Part shown: one piece after another, positions 25,426 through 39,580 of the stretch
How the letters are laid out: every line of letters begins with the position of its first letter
Numbering within the stretch: the stretch's first letter is position 1
Origin: Mobula hypostoma
Lineage: Eukaryota
Direction: 5' to 3'
Assembly: GCF_963921235.1 (NCBI RefSeq)
Contig: NC_086097.1
Location: 241,554,001-241,618,000 of the forward strand
Length of the DNA stretch: 64,000 nucleotides
Notes under the pieces: generated by a model
Databases searched by the model: none
What the model was told of the DNA's origin: nothing
The model's input: the letters and a program-made list of their open reading frames with translations, nothing else
Translations under genes and position numbers: made by a program

Positions 25426-25612
25426 AATGAGGAGAAACTACGCAGACGTCACTTTTTCCCTTCACTCTCGAAGAATGGTAGACGATCCCATTGAAATACT
25501 CAAATTCATATGGGGTTTGACACAGGGTTAGTGTTTGCAAATCAGTATAAAAATTAGAAGACATTTCTTCACTCACAGGATTATAAATTCTTGGAAATCT
25601 TATTAGACATGA

Positions 25613-25780
25613 GGGGCAGCACAATAGCATAGCGGTTGGTGTATTGTATAGCAGTGCCAGCGACCCGTATTCAATTCTGCTACTGTTTATAAGAAATATG
25701 TACTCTTCTCCGCGACCACATATGTTTCCTCCAGGTGTTCCAACTTCCTTCCACATTCCAAAGATATATGAACATTAGAT
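25613..25780 (+). mobile_element. HE1/V-SINE-like tRNA-derived SINE (related copies ~37320-37650, 40350-40500, 50320-50470 minus, 54520-54685, 60760-61015)
   Basis: tRNA-like head then conserved gtttcctccaggtgttccaacttccttccacattccaaaga segment in all copies. Confidence 0.7.
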
Positions 25781-25789
25781 TATGAGAAC

Positions 25790-26425
25790 ACTCAGACCTC
25801 TTTTATTGTCACTTAGAAATGCATACATGCATTAAGAAATGATACAATGTTTCTCGGAAAACAGGACAAACCAAAGACTAACACTGACAGAACCACATAA
25901 TTATAACATATAGTTACAGCAGTGCAAAGCAATACCATAATTTGAGGAAGAACAAACCATGCGCATGGTAAATAAAGTCTCAATAGTCCCCGAGTCGATC
26001 GACTCCCGAGTCCCCGATAGCAGGCGGCAAAAGGGAGAAACTCCCTGCCATGAAGCTCCAGGCACCGTCGACTTTCCGATGCCTTGGAAGCAGCCAACCA
26101 CAGCCGACACTGAGTCCATCCGTCCGAAAGCTTCGAGCCTCCGACCAGCCTCTCCGATACAGCCTCCCGAGCGCCATCCTCTGCCAAGCGCCTTCGGCCT
26201 CTCCCCAGCCGTTGAAACATGCAAAGCCGAGGATTTCGGGGCCTTCTGCTCCAGAGATTCCGGTTACCACACAGAAGCAGTGGCAGCGAAGTGGGCATTT
26301 CAGAAGTTTTCCAGATGTTCCTCCGTAATCTCACATCTGTCTCCATCAAATCAGAATTGTGCACAGTCCCCTACTTGACAGATAACAGACATCACCACCG
26401 AAGTGGCCGCGCGCGCTGCCGTCGT
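25790..26425 (-). mobile_element. ~600-bp non-coding retroposon family, copy 1
   Basis: Reverse complement of 27122-27756 and 59004-59586 (shared 3' atttcttaatgcatg..gacaataaaa). Confidence 0.75.
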
Positions 26426-27121
26426 GGAGGTGGAGAGTGGAGAGTGGAGGTGGATAGTGGGGGAGCCTAGGACTGAAGGTCACAGCCTCAAAGTGGATGG
26501 ACATCCCTTTAGAAAATAGATGAGGGGAAAGTTCTTTAGCGTGATGAATCTGTCGAATTCAGCAGCAAATGGTTGTGCTGCCCAAGTCATTCAGTATATT
26601 GCAAGCAGAATTTGATGGGTTCTTAATTGGAAAAGTCCTCAAAGGTTTTGGGAAGAAGGCAAAAGAATGGGCTTGAGAGGAAAAATAAGTCAGGCATGAT
26701 GGAATGGTGGAGCAATCTCGATGAGCTGAACGGCCTAATTCTGCTCCTACATCTCATGGTCTTATGGGTTAGTGGGTTAATTGGTCACATGGGTGTAATT
26801 TAGCCGTGTGGGCTCGTTATGCTGGAAGGGCCTGTAACCATGCTGTATTTCTAAATAAATAAAATTACAAAAATAAAATAAATGTGTACCCAAGAGGATC
26901 ATTGATCTTAAGTCAATTAGTAAAGTCAATTAAAATGGAGATTGACAGGGAATCAAGGGTATGGGTTTAGAGCAGTGGTACCAAGGAGAAAGATCAGCCA
27001 TAATAACATTAGATGGCCTGCACCTCCTTCTAGTTCTTATGTTTTTTTCTTAAAAGCTGAACCTAAAGTGCACTTTTGCGCAGAGTCAAGAGTGCAACAC
27101 ACACAATACTGGTTCGGGGAG

Positions 27122-27756
27122 GGAGGAGAAGATGGCGGCGCGATGCAGCGCGCGCAGCCGTTCCAAATTGATATCGATATGTGTTAACTGGGAGGCCTTG
27201 CGCAATCCTGATTTGATGGAGACAGCCGTGAGAAGCATGGAGGAACACCTGGAGAAGCTTCTGAAATGCCCGCTTCACTGCCGCTGCTACTGTGCAATCG
27301 AGAATCTCTGGAGTGGAAGGCCCCAAATCCTCAGCTTTGCCTATTGCCTGTTGCCGGGGCCGGCGTCGAAGCGCTCAGCAGAGATGGTGCTCGGTGTCGG
27401 AGAGCTGGTCGGAGGCTCGGAGTTTTTCGGACGGACTCGGAGTCGGACTGTGGTCGGATGCTTCCGGGATGCTGCATCGGCAAGTTGGCGGCGCTGGAGG
27501 TTTACCGTCTGCGTGAGATGATGGGACTTTCGAGAGACTTTGAGACTTTTTACCATGCCCATGGTCTGTTCTTTATCAAATTACGGCATTGCTTTGCACT
27601 GTTGTAACTATATGTTATAATTATGTGGTTTTTGTCAGTTTTTAAGTCGGCTTGTCATGTGTTTCTGTGATATCATTCTGGAAAAACATTATGTCATTTC
27701 TTAATGCATGCATTACTAAATGACAATAAAAGAGGACTGCATGTCCTCATAATCTA
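27122..27756 (+). mobile_element. ~600-bp non-coding retroposon family, copy 2
   Basis: Starts ggaggagAAGATGGCGGCG; CpG-rich; ends aataaaagaggactg..taatctaa. Confidence 0.75.
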
Positions 27757-29611
27757 AATGCCTGACTATCACTGCCTTTGGGAAGGAGGTACAGGACATG
27801 CTTTCCCAGAGCGAACAGTGTCACACTGTAGAAATCTTTTTATTTTCCATGATTACAAGATGACTTTTTTTACCAATGTGTTCAAACTTTGTAAATTGCA
27901 ATACATTAATCATTTTAACTTAAATCTCAGGATAGTTTTGATCAGTCAATCAAAAATTCTCAAGAGACCCACTGGAGAATCCACCATCTTAACCATTTCA
28001 CTTACACAACATGAGTATTTTTGTTAAGACTTTGAAGCAAACGGTAGCGCTGGCTTTTCTGACTGTCAGGACTACTTCAGCAGTTACTAAGCTGCCGTTT
28101 ATATTTACTATATCTGAAAATGATGGGTGTGCAACCTATAATTTTCAGTTCATTAAAATTAATGGGTCAGATTTTATTGGGTAAGTATGCAGAGATGAAA
28201 GGTGTATTTACCTGTGTCAGAGCATATGAGGTGTGTTTGACTACTGTATAATTAGTGCCCCTTGAATAGAACACAGTGTCAGCTGTGATAAGATAGCTAT
28301 TGTGATGGAAAATCACCAGTGAATCCCTGTGATTTTTGTCACGTGGTTGAGGACAATGTGGATTGGGGGTCTTGCTATTGCATTCTTGGTGGGTGGAGGG
28401 TGCTGGAGGGTGGGTGGTTGTTGCAGAAGAGGGTGGGGGTGGGAAAGGGTCATTGTTTTGCTGCTGCTTGTGCGTGGGAGGGGAGGAGTGGAGTTGCTTT
28501 GGGGGTTCTAACGTTTCAACTGTCACTCATTCTTTGAGGCACTCTTCTGTTTTTGTGGATTTCCGGTAAGAAAAGGAGTTTCAGGATGTATACAGTATTG
28601 CATACATTTCTCTGATACTACATGGAACGATTGAACTATTGATTGTACTGGGCAGGGTCAGCCTCAGACCCTGCAACTAGAGGGCCGTTCTCGCTGCCTC
28701 TCTGCACCCTGAAGGTGAGGTTTGATGCCGGCAACATGTTCTGGGCGGTAAATATCTGGTGGGACCGTGTCCCAAAAATAGTCTTTGACAGCCTTCAGAG
28801 CTTGAATTAAGGCTTTGTTGTCTGTTTATATTATCACTGAAATTATTGTTTTTTTTTATTATAATGTCTCTGATATTCACTACCCTTTAAATAAAATTGA
28901 ATTTAAGAATTAATCTGACTCAAATGAATAAATCCTTTGTTGAAATTAAAACATGGATTGCAAATATAAATAAGCATTTCAGATATGATTGCAAAATTCA
29001 TACCAAAATATTTTTTTTTAAATATGGAGAGACTGGAGATTGCATAGAACATAGAACATACAAATAAAACATTATAGCACAGCATAGGCCATTCAGCCCA
29101 CAAAGTTGTGCTGACCTTTTAATCTACTCTGCCATCGATTCAACCCTTCCCTCCTACATAGACATCCATTTTTTTTCTCTTAAATGCCCCTGATGTATCT
29201 CCCTCTACCACCACCCCTGGCAATTCATTCCATGCACCCACCACTCTCTGGGTAAAGAACCTACCTCTGACATGCCCCCTATACTATCCTCCAATCACAT
29301 TAAAATTATGCACCCTTGTATTAGTATTTTCTGGGAAGTGAGTCTCTGACTGTCCACTTGATCTATCTGCAGGTAGTGCAAAATTCTAGCAAAATAAAAA
29401 AACTTGGAGGAACTCAGCAGGCCAGGCAACATCTGTCGAGACCCTTCACCAGGACTGAAAAGAAAGTGGGGTGGGGAGATAGCCAGTAAAAATATCAACA
29501 GAAAAGATTCTGCAGATGCAGGGAATCTTGGACAACACGTACAAAATGCTGGAAGCACTCAACAAGTCTGGCGGCATCTATGGAGGAAAATTAGCCAATA
29601 TAAGTGTATTA

Positions 29612-30402
29612 TAGAAACATAGAAACATAGAAAATAGGTGCAGGAGTAGGCCATTCGGCCCCTCGAGCCTGCACCGCCATTCAGTATGATCATGGCTGAT
29701 CATCCAACTCAGAACCCCGCCCCAGCCTTCCCTCCATACCTCCTGATCCCCGTAGCCACAAGGGCCATATCTAACTCCCTCTTAAACATAGCCAATGAAC
29801 TGGCCTCAACAGTTTGCTGTGGCAGAGAATTCCACAGATTCACCACTCTCTGTGTGAAGAAGTTTTTCCTAACCTCGGTCCTAAAAGGCTTCCCCTCTAT
29901 CCTCAAACTGTGACCCCTCGTTCTGGACCTCCCCAACATCGGGAACAATCTTCCCGCATCTAGCCTGTCCAATCCCTTTAGGATCTTATACGTTTCAATC
30001 AGATCCCCCCTCAATCTTCTAAATTCCAACGAGTACAAGCCCAGTTCATCCAGTCTTTCTTCATATGAAAGTCCTGCCATCCCAGGAATCAATCTGGTGA
30101 ACCTTCTTTGTACTCCCTCTATGGCAAGGATGTCTTTCCTCAGATTAGGGGACCAAAACTGCACACAATACTCCAGGTGTGGTCTCACCAAGGCCTTGTA
30201 CAACTGCAGTAGTACCTCCCTGCTCCTGTACTCGAATCCTCTCGCTATAAATGCCAGCATACCGTTCGCCTTTTTCACCGCCTGCTGTACCTGCATGCCC
30301 ACTTTCAATGACTGGTGTATAATGACACCCAGGTCTCGTTGCACCTCCCCTTTTCCTAATCGGCCACCATTCAGATAATAATCTGTTTTCCTATTTTTGT
30401 CT
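29612..30402 (-). mobile_element. CR1 3' fragment, open frame
   Basis: ORF 29709-30410 nearly identical to the 15556-16324 pieces; (catagaaa)n tail on plus. Confidence 0.93.
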
Positions 30403-30589
30403 CCTAACATGTAAACCAGAAATAGATTCAGATTCGGAATTATTTATCACATGTGCATCAAAATGTGCAGTGAAATGCGTTATTTGCATCAACAACCGAC
30501 ATACCCGGGGATATGCTGCGGAAAGGTCCCCAAGTGTCACCACACACTCTGGGGCCGACAGTGTTACACAGAATAACAAAAGCATCAAA

Positions 30590-31080
30590 AATGAAGCAAC
30601 GTTCCAAACAGCCAACACCAACCGCAGAGAGGATGAGCAGCCTCAAGCTCCTGGGTGCCAACATCTCTGAAGGTCTGTCCTTGGTCCAACGTATTGTTGA
30701 AATTACACCACTGGCAATATTTCATTCAGAGTTTGAGGAGAATTGGCATGTCAGCAAAGGCACTATCAAATTTCAACACGTGCCACGGAGAGCATTCCAA
30801 CTGGTTGCATCTCCGTCTGGTATGGAGGGGGCCACTGCACAGGATCAGAAAGCTCAGCCTACTCCATTATAGGGACCAGACTCACCCCCATCGAGGACGT
30901 TTTCAAAAAGCGATGTCTCAGAAGGATAGCATCCATCATTAAGGACCCCATGACCCAGGACATGTCCTCTTCTCATTGCTACTATCAGAAAAGTACAAGA
31001 GCCTGAAGACACACACTCAATGTTCTGTGAAAGGCTTCTTCTCCTCTGCCGTTAGATTTCTGTAAAGACAATGAACCCAC
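30590..31080 (+). mobile_element. Rex1/Babar-type LINE 3' fragment
   Basis: ERMSSLKLLGANIS; QYFIQSLRRIG; ESIPTGCISVWYG; IASIIKDP. Confidence 0.7.
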
Positions 31081-31134
31081 AAACTGTCACTATTTTTGCT
31101 CTCTATTTACATCACTTTTTTATTTATCGATATG

Positions 31135-31492
31135 CACTTAGTGTCCACTTCATTAGAAACAGTCGGACACCTGCTGACTAATGCAGCTATCTGATTAGCC
31201 AATCATGCAGCAGCAACTCAAAGCATGAAAGCATGCAGACGTGGCCAAGAGATTCAGTTGCTGTTCAGACCAAATACCAAAATGGGGGGAGAAACATGAT
31301 CTAAAGTGACATTGACCATGGAATGATTGTTGGTGCCAGACAGGGTGGTTTGAGTATCTCAGAAACTGCTCATCTCCTGGGACTTTCACACACAACAGTC
31401 TCTAGAGTTTATAGAGAATGGTGACAGAAACAAAATAAATCCAGTGAACGGCAGTTCTGTGGGTGAAACTGTCTTGTTGATGAGGGAGGTCA
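31135..31492 (+). mobile_element. Tc1/mariner fragment (left end plus transposase N-terminus)
   Basis: Homologous to 59886-60523; encodes GMIVGARQGGLSISETA.LLG HTH-like segment. Confidence 0.75.
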
Positions 31493-31896
31493 GAATGATT
31501 CACCCTGAATGAGATCCAAAGGGTCATGAATCATCACTACCCTTGCCGGGATCTAAAAGGGCAATTTGGCACAGTAGGGTTGGACCCCACCCCCAGAGAA
31601 AACAGGCCATGCTGTTGAACTCCATGGGTGGCAGGTCCAGTCAGGCCCATTGTCTTTACAAGAGCATTTAAGATCAGCATTGATCTGAATGTCACAATTG
31701 GTTGAAATATTCCTGAGGCGAGGGAGGAATGCCTGTTCCCCTCCCTTTGACTATCTCACTAGAAATGCACATATTTGCATAATAGCTCAGCACAGGTATT
31801 CAAAGTAATTATGATATGACAGCTGTTTATTGTCAGGATCAAAGCAAGAAGCTACACTGCCCTGAAAGTCCGCCAGATATTGCAAACACGAAAGTG

Positions 31897-34800
31897 AAAC
31901 ATAGAAACATAGAAAGCCCACAGCACAATACAGGCCCTTCGGCCCACAAAGTTGTGCTGAACATGTCCTTATCTTAGAAATTACCTAGGGTTACCCATAG
32001 CCCTCTATTTTTCTGAGCTCCATGTACCTGTCCAAAAGTCTCATAAAAGACCCTATCGTATCCACCTCCACCACCGTCACCGGCAGCCCATTCCACACAT
32101 TCACCACTCTCTGAGTAAAAAACTTACCCCTGACATCTCCTCTGTACCTGCTTCCAAGCACCTTAAAACTGTGTTCTCTCACACTAGCCATTTCAGTCCT
32201 GGGGAAAAGCCTGTGACTATCCACATGATCAATGCTTCTCATCATCTTATACAACTCTCATGCTCCGTCACTCCAAAAAAAAAGGCCGAGTTCACTCAAC
32301 CTATTCTCATTAGGAATCCTTGTAAATCTCTTCTGCACCCTTTCAATGGTTTCCACATCCTTCCTATAGTGAGGCGACCAGAAGTGAGCACAGTACTCCA
32401 AGTGGGGTCTGACCAGGGTCCTATATAGCTGCAACATTACCTCTCAGCTCCTAACCTCAATCCCACAATTGATGAAGGCCAATACACCGTATGCCTTCTT
32501 AACCACAGAGTCAACTTGCGCAGCAACTTTGAGTGTCCTGTGGACTTGGACCCCAAGATCCCTCTGATCCTTCACACTGCCAAGAGTCTTACCATTAATA
32601 CTATATTCTGCCGTCATATTTGACCTACCAAAATGAACCACCTCACACTTATCTGGGTTGAACTCTATCTGGCACTTCTCAGCCCAGTTTTGCATCCTAT
32701 CAATGTCCCGCTGTAACCTCTGACAGCCCTCCACACTATCCACAACACCCCAACCTTTGTGTCATCAGCAAATTTACTAACCCATCCCTCCACTTCTTCA
32801 TCCAGGTCATTTATAAAAATTACGAAGAGTAGGGGTCCCAGAACAGATCCCTGAGGCACACCACTGGTCACCGACATCCATGCAGAATATGGCCTGCCTA
32901 CAACCACTCTTTGTCTTCTGTGGGCAAGCCAGTTCTAGATCCACAAAACAATGTTCCCTTGGATCCCATGCCTCCTTACTTTCTCAATAAGCCTTGCATG
33001 GGGTACCTTGTCAAATGCCTTGCTGAAATCCATATACACTACATCTACTGCTCTAACTTCATCAATGTGTTTAGTCACATCCTCAAAAAATTCAATTAGG
33101 CTCGTAAGGCACGACCTGCCTTTCACAAAGCCATGCTGATTATTCCTAATCATATTATGCCTCTTCAAATGTTCATAAATCCTGCCTCTCAGGATCTTCT
33201 GCATCAACTTACTAAACACTGAAGTAAGACTCACTGGTCTATAATTTCCTGGGCTATCTCTACTCCCTTTCTTAATGGAACCACAACCACAACCCCCTCC
33301 AATCTTCCGGAACCTCTCCCCTCCCCATTGATGATGCAAAGATCATCGCCAGAGGTTCAACAATCTCCTCCCTCGCCTCCCACAATAGCCTGAGGTACAT
33401 ATCCTCCGGTCCCGGTGACTTATCCAACTTGATGCTTTCCAAAAGCTCCAGCACATCCTCTTTCTTAATATCTACATGCTCAAACTTTTCAGTCCGCTGT
33501 CCGTCATCCCTATAGTCACCAAGATCCTTTTCCATAGTGAATGCTGAAGCAAAGTACTCATTAAGAACCTCCGCTATCTCCTCTGGTTCCCTACACACTT
33601 TTCCGTTGTCACACTTGATCGGTCCTATTCTCTCACGTCTTATCCTCTTGCTCTTCACATACTTGTAGAATGCCTTGGGGTTTTCCTTAATCCTGTCTGC
33701 CAAGGCCTTCTTCTGGCTCTCATAATTTCTTTCTTAAGCTCCTTCCTGTTAGCCTTATAATCTTCTAGATCTCTATCATTACTTAGTTTTTTGAACCTTT
33801 CATAACCTCTTCTTTTTCTCTTGACTAGATTTACAACAGACTTTGTACACCACAGTTCCTGTACCCTATCATACTGAGTCAAAGGCTTTGGTGAGGTCGA
33901 TGAATGCCATGTACAAAGGTTGAAGTTGTTCACGACATTTTTCTTGCAGGTGTCGCATTGTGAAGATCATGTCAATTGCTCTACGTGATGGTTTAAAACC
34001 GGCTTGTGTCTCCGGAAGGATCTTCTCGGCTAAAGGCTTGAGCCAGTTGTTCATGATGCAGGTGAGAATTTTTTCTGCTGTTGCTAACAGTGAAATTCCA
34101 CGATAGTTTCCACATTCGGATCGATCGTCTTTCCTTTTGTAGATGGTAACGATTGACGTCTCCGAACAAGAGTCTTTCATGATCGTGACATCCGAACAGA
34201 CACCAAAATGTTAGTGTACAAAGCAGTGATGATCCCAACGCTCCTGTGTGCATCAGAAACCTGGACAACATACTGACGACATCTGAAGGCACTTGAAAAG
34301 ATCCATCAACGCCATCTTCAAAACATCTTAAATATCAGCTGGGAAGATAGAAGAACCAATGTCAATGTGCTAAATGAAGCAAAAACAACAAGCATTGAAG
34401 CCTACGTCATCAAGAACCAACTAAGATGGAGCGGTCATGTTGTTCGGATGAAAGACGAACGTCTGCCGAAACAAATTGTCTACTCCCAGCTTAAAGAAGG
34501 CAAACGTAAAAGAGGCGGACAACAGAAGAGATTCAAAGACGTCTTAAAAGCCAACATGAAGAAATGTAACATTGACATCAACAATTGGGAAACCAATGCC
34601 AAGGACAGGAAACTCTAGCAAGCCATCATCCGAGAAGGAACAGCAACTTTCGAAGCCAACAGATGTGAAGAATTAGAAGAAAAGAGAAGAAAATAGAAAA
34701 AGAGGCAGCAACAACCAAAGCCCGATCTGCCATCTGGATCTACCTGTCCTGAATGCGGAAGAACTTTTAAAGCCAAGATTGGACCCATAAGCCACTTGAG

Positions 34801-35020
34801 AGCCCATAAGTAGATCAACAGAACGAAGACCATCACCCTCGACCTCGAGGGGTAGCCACGACAACCCTATCATCCTTTCCCTCTCATTGGAACGCCACAC
34901 AAATATCCCCTGAACATTTGCCACATTTCTCCTGTACATTTCCCTGAGAACATCTGTTCCCAATTTATGCTTCCAAGTTCCTGCCTGATAGCCTCATAGC
35001 TCCCCTTACTCCAATTAAGC
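31897..35020 (-). mobile_element. CR1 LINE fragment interrupted by an RTE insertion
   Basis: [41 protein letters not shown]; tail near 31897. Confidence 0.92.
33873..34863. mobile_element. RTE-clade LINE with inverted 5' segment
   Basis: Minus 33873-34180: NYRGISLL..QAGF..DMIF..QEKCREQ..FIDLTKAFDSV; plus 34181-34863: QLRWSGHVVRM..RLPKQ and CPECGRTF..H..H; 10-bp TSD accctatcat (33863-33872, 34864-34873). Confidence 0.9.
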
Positions 35021-38000
35021 GTTGCTTCGATGCGAGAAAATATTATATTTGGTTTTATGAGACTCAAGAGGTTCTGCAGATGCTGGAAATCATGATCAGA
35101 TATCCAAAATTCTGGAGAAACTCTGCAGACCAGCCATCACCCAAAGAATGGGGAATGAACAGTCAGTGCTTTGGGCTGAGACCCATCATCGGTACTGTAG
35201 AGGAAGGGGTAAGAAGTCAGAATAAGAAGGAGGGAGAAAGGGTGGCAGGTAATAGGTGAGACCAGGTGAGGGGGGGAAGGTGGGTGGCTAGCAGAGGGCT
35301 GGAATGTTGTAAGATGCTGGAAGGTGACAGATGAGACAGGTGTGGGGGGAAGTGGGTGTATGACCATAATGCAAATGAGTGGAGTTGGGCCGTTTGGTCC
35401 ATTGGATCTGCTCTACCATTCCATCATGGCTGATATAATGTAAGTGGGAGTTCTGACACAAATAGACGCGGCGGACCAAAGGACCTCATTTTCATGCAAT
35501 ATCTCCCATGGCAAAGTAAGAAGGAGGTGGGTGGGGAAGGAGTATAAGCTAGAAGGTGATAGGTGAAGCCAGGTGGGTGGAGGAAGGCGGGGGTGGATGA
35601 AGTAGGAAGTCGGGAAGTGATAGGTGGAAATGGCAAAGGGCTGGAGAAGAAGGAATCTGATGGGAGCAGAGAGTGGACTCTGAGATAAAGGGAAGGAGAA
35701 GGAACACCAATGATATGCAGGCGAGGCGAAGAGGTAAGAAGGTAGAGTGGGGAATTGAAGAAGAGAGAAGGGGGAGGGTGGAAAAATTACCAGAAGATAA
35801 AGAAATTGATTTTCATGCCATCAGGGTTGGAGACCATCTAGATAGAATATGAGGTGTTACCCCTCCAACCTGAGAGTGGCCTCACCATGACAGAAGAGGA
35901 AGTCATGGCCCGACTTGTCGGAATGGGAATGGGGATTAGAACTTAAATGATTGGCCACCAGAAAATCATCACATTTTCATGTTTGTGTGATAAATAAATG
36001 GATTCTGAATCTGAATCCCTGGCCCATAACCATTCAAACTGAAGAAGAAACACTTGTGTTGCTTTGAGAACCTTAAATCCCTTCAGCAGGAGCATGAAAT
36101 AACCCAGCGGAAATGGTTTCATATGTTGGGCCAGAAACCATCTATCCAGCCAGGTAAAATCAGAAAAAAGCCTATTTATCTCAGGTAACATCAGAAAAAG
36201 CCTACTTATCTCAGGTAAAATCAGAAAATGTTAGAAAAAACATGACCGATCAGGCAGCATCTAAGGACAGATAAAGCATTAACATTTCAGGCCAAAGAGT
36301 TTCATCTGTGGAGGAGTCATCGCCATGGGAAGTAAATGAGAACTCTGTGTGAGTCTGGAGTTTGAAGCCTGGAGTTCACAGTACCGTGATCAGTGAGTCC
36401 TGGGGTTGATACAGAAGGTCAAAGACTGAAGTCAGCGAGCCTGGAAGTCGAGGTCCAATGTTGGCACGTCTGGAAGTGGGGGCCTGATTTCTGTGAGTCC
36501 AGGCCAGGCATGACACCCCTACTTGCCGGGTCCTGGGGTTGGAGGCCCGTACGCATCCTGTCCTGGGCATTGGAGATGAGTCTGTGTGTGGCGGTGAGTG
36601 GGTGAGTGATAGGGAGAAAAGATACTTATTTTGTTGTTGTTTCTCTTTCTGTTTCTTGTTGTTGCTGCGTGTGTTGTTCTGCCGAGCATCGTGGGTGTCA
36701 GAATTTGTGGCAGCACTTACGGACTGCCTCCACTGCATCCTCAGGCTGTGTTGGTTGCTAACGCAAGCGATGCTTTTCACGGTATGTTTTGATGTACTTG
36801 CGATAAATAAAGATAATCTTTAAATAATATTTAACTGAATTGAATTGATAGAGCTTTGTTTTGTTTCTGTTGTTGCTTGTGTGGCTCTGCTAAATATTGT
36901 GGGCACGATATGTTAACGTCAGAATGCGACCCATGCGGACAACCCCCAGCACATCCTTTTGGCTGTGTTGGTTGTTAAGGCAAACAACGCATTTCACGGC
37001 ATGTTTCACACAAATGATTCTGAGAAACAGATTTGATGAGAGTAGAATCCTCCTTAAAAACATGTGAAATTTTATTCACTGCCTTTGGCAATCAATTATA
37101 CTGCATCCACCCCAAAAAACTTAGTTGCTGCCATTAAATGAATTGTAAGTATGAACTGCTTGAACCAGATTTTCTAATTTGGGGTGGGGTCAGGTATAGG
37201 TGCAACATGTGAGGATTGTTAGGTACTTTACCCAGTGCATACATACTTGAACAATATTAGATCGGAGTTGGTTTCAGAATCGGAATTAAAGTTCAAACCA
37301 GGTTTATTACCACTGACACATGGTAACGCAGCAGTTAGTGTGATGCTACTACAGCTTGGGGCGTCAGAGTTCAGACTTCAACTCCAGCGTCCTCTCTAAG
37401 AAATAAAGTATGATATTCCTGTGAGTGCATGGGTTTCCTCCAGGTGCTCCAGCTTCCTCCCACAGTCCAAAGACATACCAGTTAGTACAACATTCAAAGT
37501 AAAGTTTATTATCAGAGTATGCATGTAGGTTAATTGGTCATTCTAAATTGCCCTGTGATTAAGCTTAGGTTGAATAGGTAGGTTGCTGGGTGTCATGGTT
37601 TATTGGGCCGGAAAGGCCTGTTCCACACTGAATCTCAAAAATAAAAATTAAAAAATATGTCATAAAATTTTGTGGCAGCACTACAGAGCAATACATAAAA
37701 ATAACTATACATTAAAATAAGAAATATATTTGTAAAATAATTCATGCAAAATAGTGAGATGGTGTTCATGGGTTCATGGACTGTGCAGAGATCTGATGGC
37801 AGAGGGAAAGAAGTTGTTCCTAAAACATTGAGTGGGTGTCTTCTGGTTCTTGTACCTCCTGGTGGTAGTAATGAGAAGAGGGGATGTCTTGAATGATGAG
37901 GGTTCTCACCATTGCATATTGATTGTTTGTCAGTCTTTGTGTGTAGTTCTCCAATGAATCTGTTTTATTTCTCTGTTCTACTACGAACACCTGCAAGAAA

Positions 38001-39580
38001 ATGAATCTCAATATCGTGTATGGAGACATTGATGTACTCTGATGACAAATGCACCTTGAACTTTGAACTTCAAGTTGGATGTCCTCAATGGAGGGAGGCC
38101 AGTGCTCACAGAACATAGTGCTTTTGAAGTACTATCAGAATTAACAAAGTGTTACCCCACAACTAGAACATTGCTAGCTTTGCTTGTTTGTAGTTCTTTC
38201 CCTTTTAATGAGGAAGGAGTCTTTTACCATGGTTCTGCATTATGGATTGGACTATTCCATTTATGGATTGGACTATTGAACTTTCTAAGACTTACGATTT
38301 TTATGTTCTTTTTTTTTTGCTCATTTCTTTCTGCTTTATTGTGCAAGGGGAGGGGGGTTGGTGGTTCTTGTTCCGTTTTGTGCGGGGGGAAGAGGTTTAG
38401 GGTCGATGCTCTGGTTCCATTTTGTACGGGAGAGGGGGATTTGGGGGTTGATGGTCGGGATGCTGTTCTTCTCTATGGGGGGGGATCGGTCTGATGTTCC
38501 TCTCTGAACGACTTTCCTGTTCTTTCTTTACTTCATGGCTATCTGGAGAAGAAGGATTTCAGAGTTGCATATGGATACATACTTTGATAATAAATGAACG
38601 TTTGAACCTTTGAACCTCTTGTTCCTGATCCAGAAATTTGCGCTCCAGCAAACTGAGCACAAAGTTAGTGGTACAATTCAACTTCTAAATGGCGAGTCAG
38701 ACTTGACAATCCAAATAACTTTTGAGAACCACTGATACAAATAAAAAATTCCCAAATTTTTGCAGACAGCCTTCCGGCTTTAATTCCGTCTGTGTTGCAA
38801 AATGGAAAGTCAGTATCTACAATGGGAAATCTGTGCACTGGACTGATGCAAGTTCCACAAGTCAAAGTTCAAAGTAAATCTATCATCAAAGTACATATAT
38901 GCCACCATATACTACCCTGAGATTAACATCCTTGTGGGCATTAACAGTAAAGAAACACAGCAGAGTTAATGAAAAACTGCACACAACAAAGACGGGTGAA
39001 GAACCAGTGCGCAAAAATATGACAAACTGTACAAATACAAAAAGAGAAAAGTAAACAAAATAATAATCATAAATAAGTAAGCAATAGATATACCAAAAGA
39101 ATTGGTTCATTTCATTGGTCAGTAAAATTTTGCAAGAGATAGCAAGGGTTCAAATAATTTAATTTTTTGAATTAATTGAATTCATTTTGAACATAGTTCA
39201 AAGTTCAAAGTAAGTATTATTATCAAAGTACATATATGTCACCATATAAAGCCCTGAGATTCTTTTTCTTGTAGACATACACAGCCAATCTATAACAGAA
39301 TTAATGAAAGACCACCCAACTAGGGTGTTCAACCAGACTGCACAAGACAACACACTGTGCAAATACAAACAGAAAGAAATAATAATAATAAATTAATAAG
39401 CAATAAATATCAAGAACATGAGAGGAAGAGTCCTTGAAAGTCAGTCCTATTGGTTGTGGCAACATTTCAATGATGGGTCAAGTGAAATTGAGTGAAGTTA
39501 TCCCCTTTGGTTCAAGAGCCTGATGGTTGAGGGGTAAGAACCGTTCCTGAACCTGGTGATGTGAGTCCTGAGGCTCTTGT

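Noticed and set aside
25813..27607. Clusters of overlapping ORFs on both strands
   Set aside because: Stop-poor GC-rich repeat copies; frames differ among the three copies.
31773..31781. Octamer ATTTGCAT as an immunoglobulin or snRNA promoter
   Set aside because: Single 8-mer with no V segment, RSS or snRNA nearby; expected by chance.
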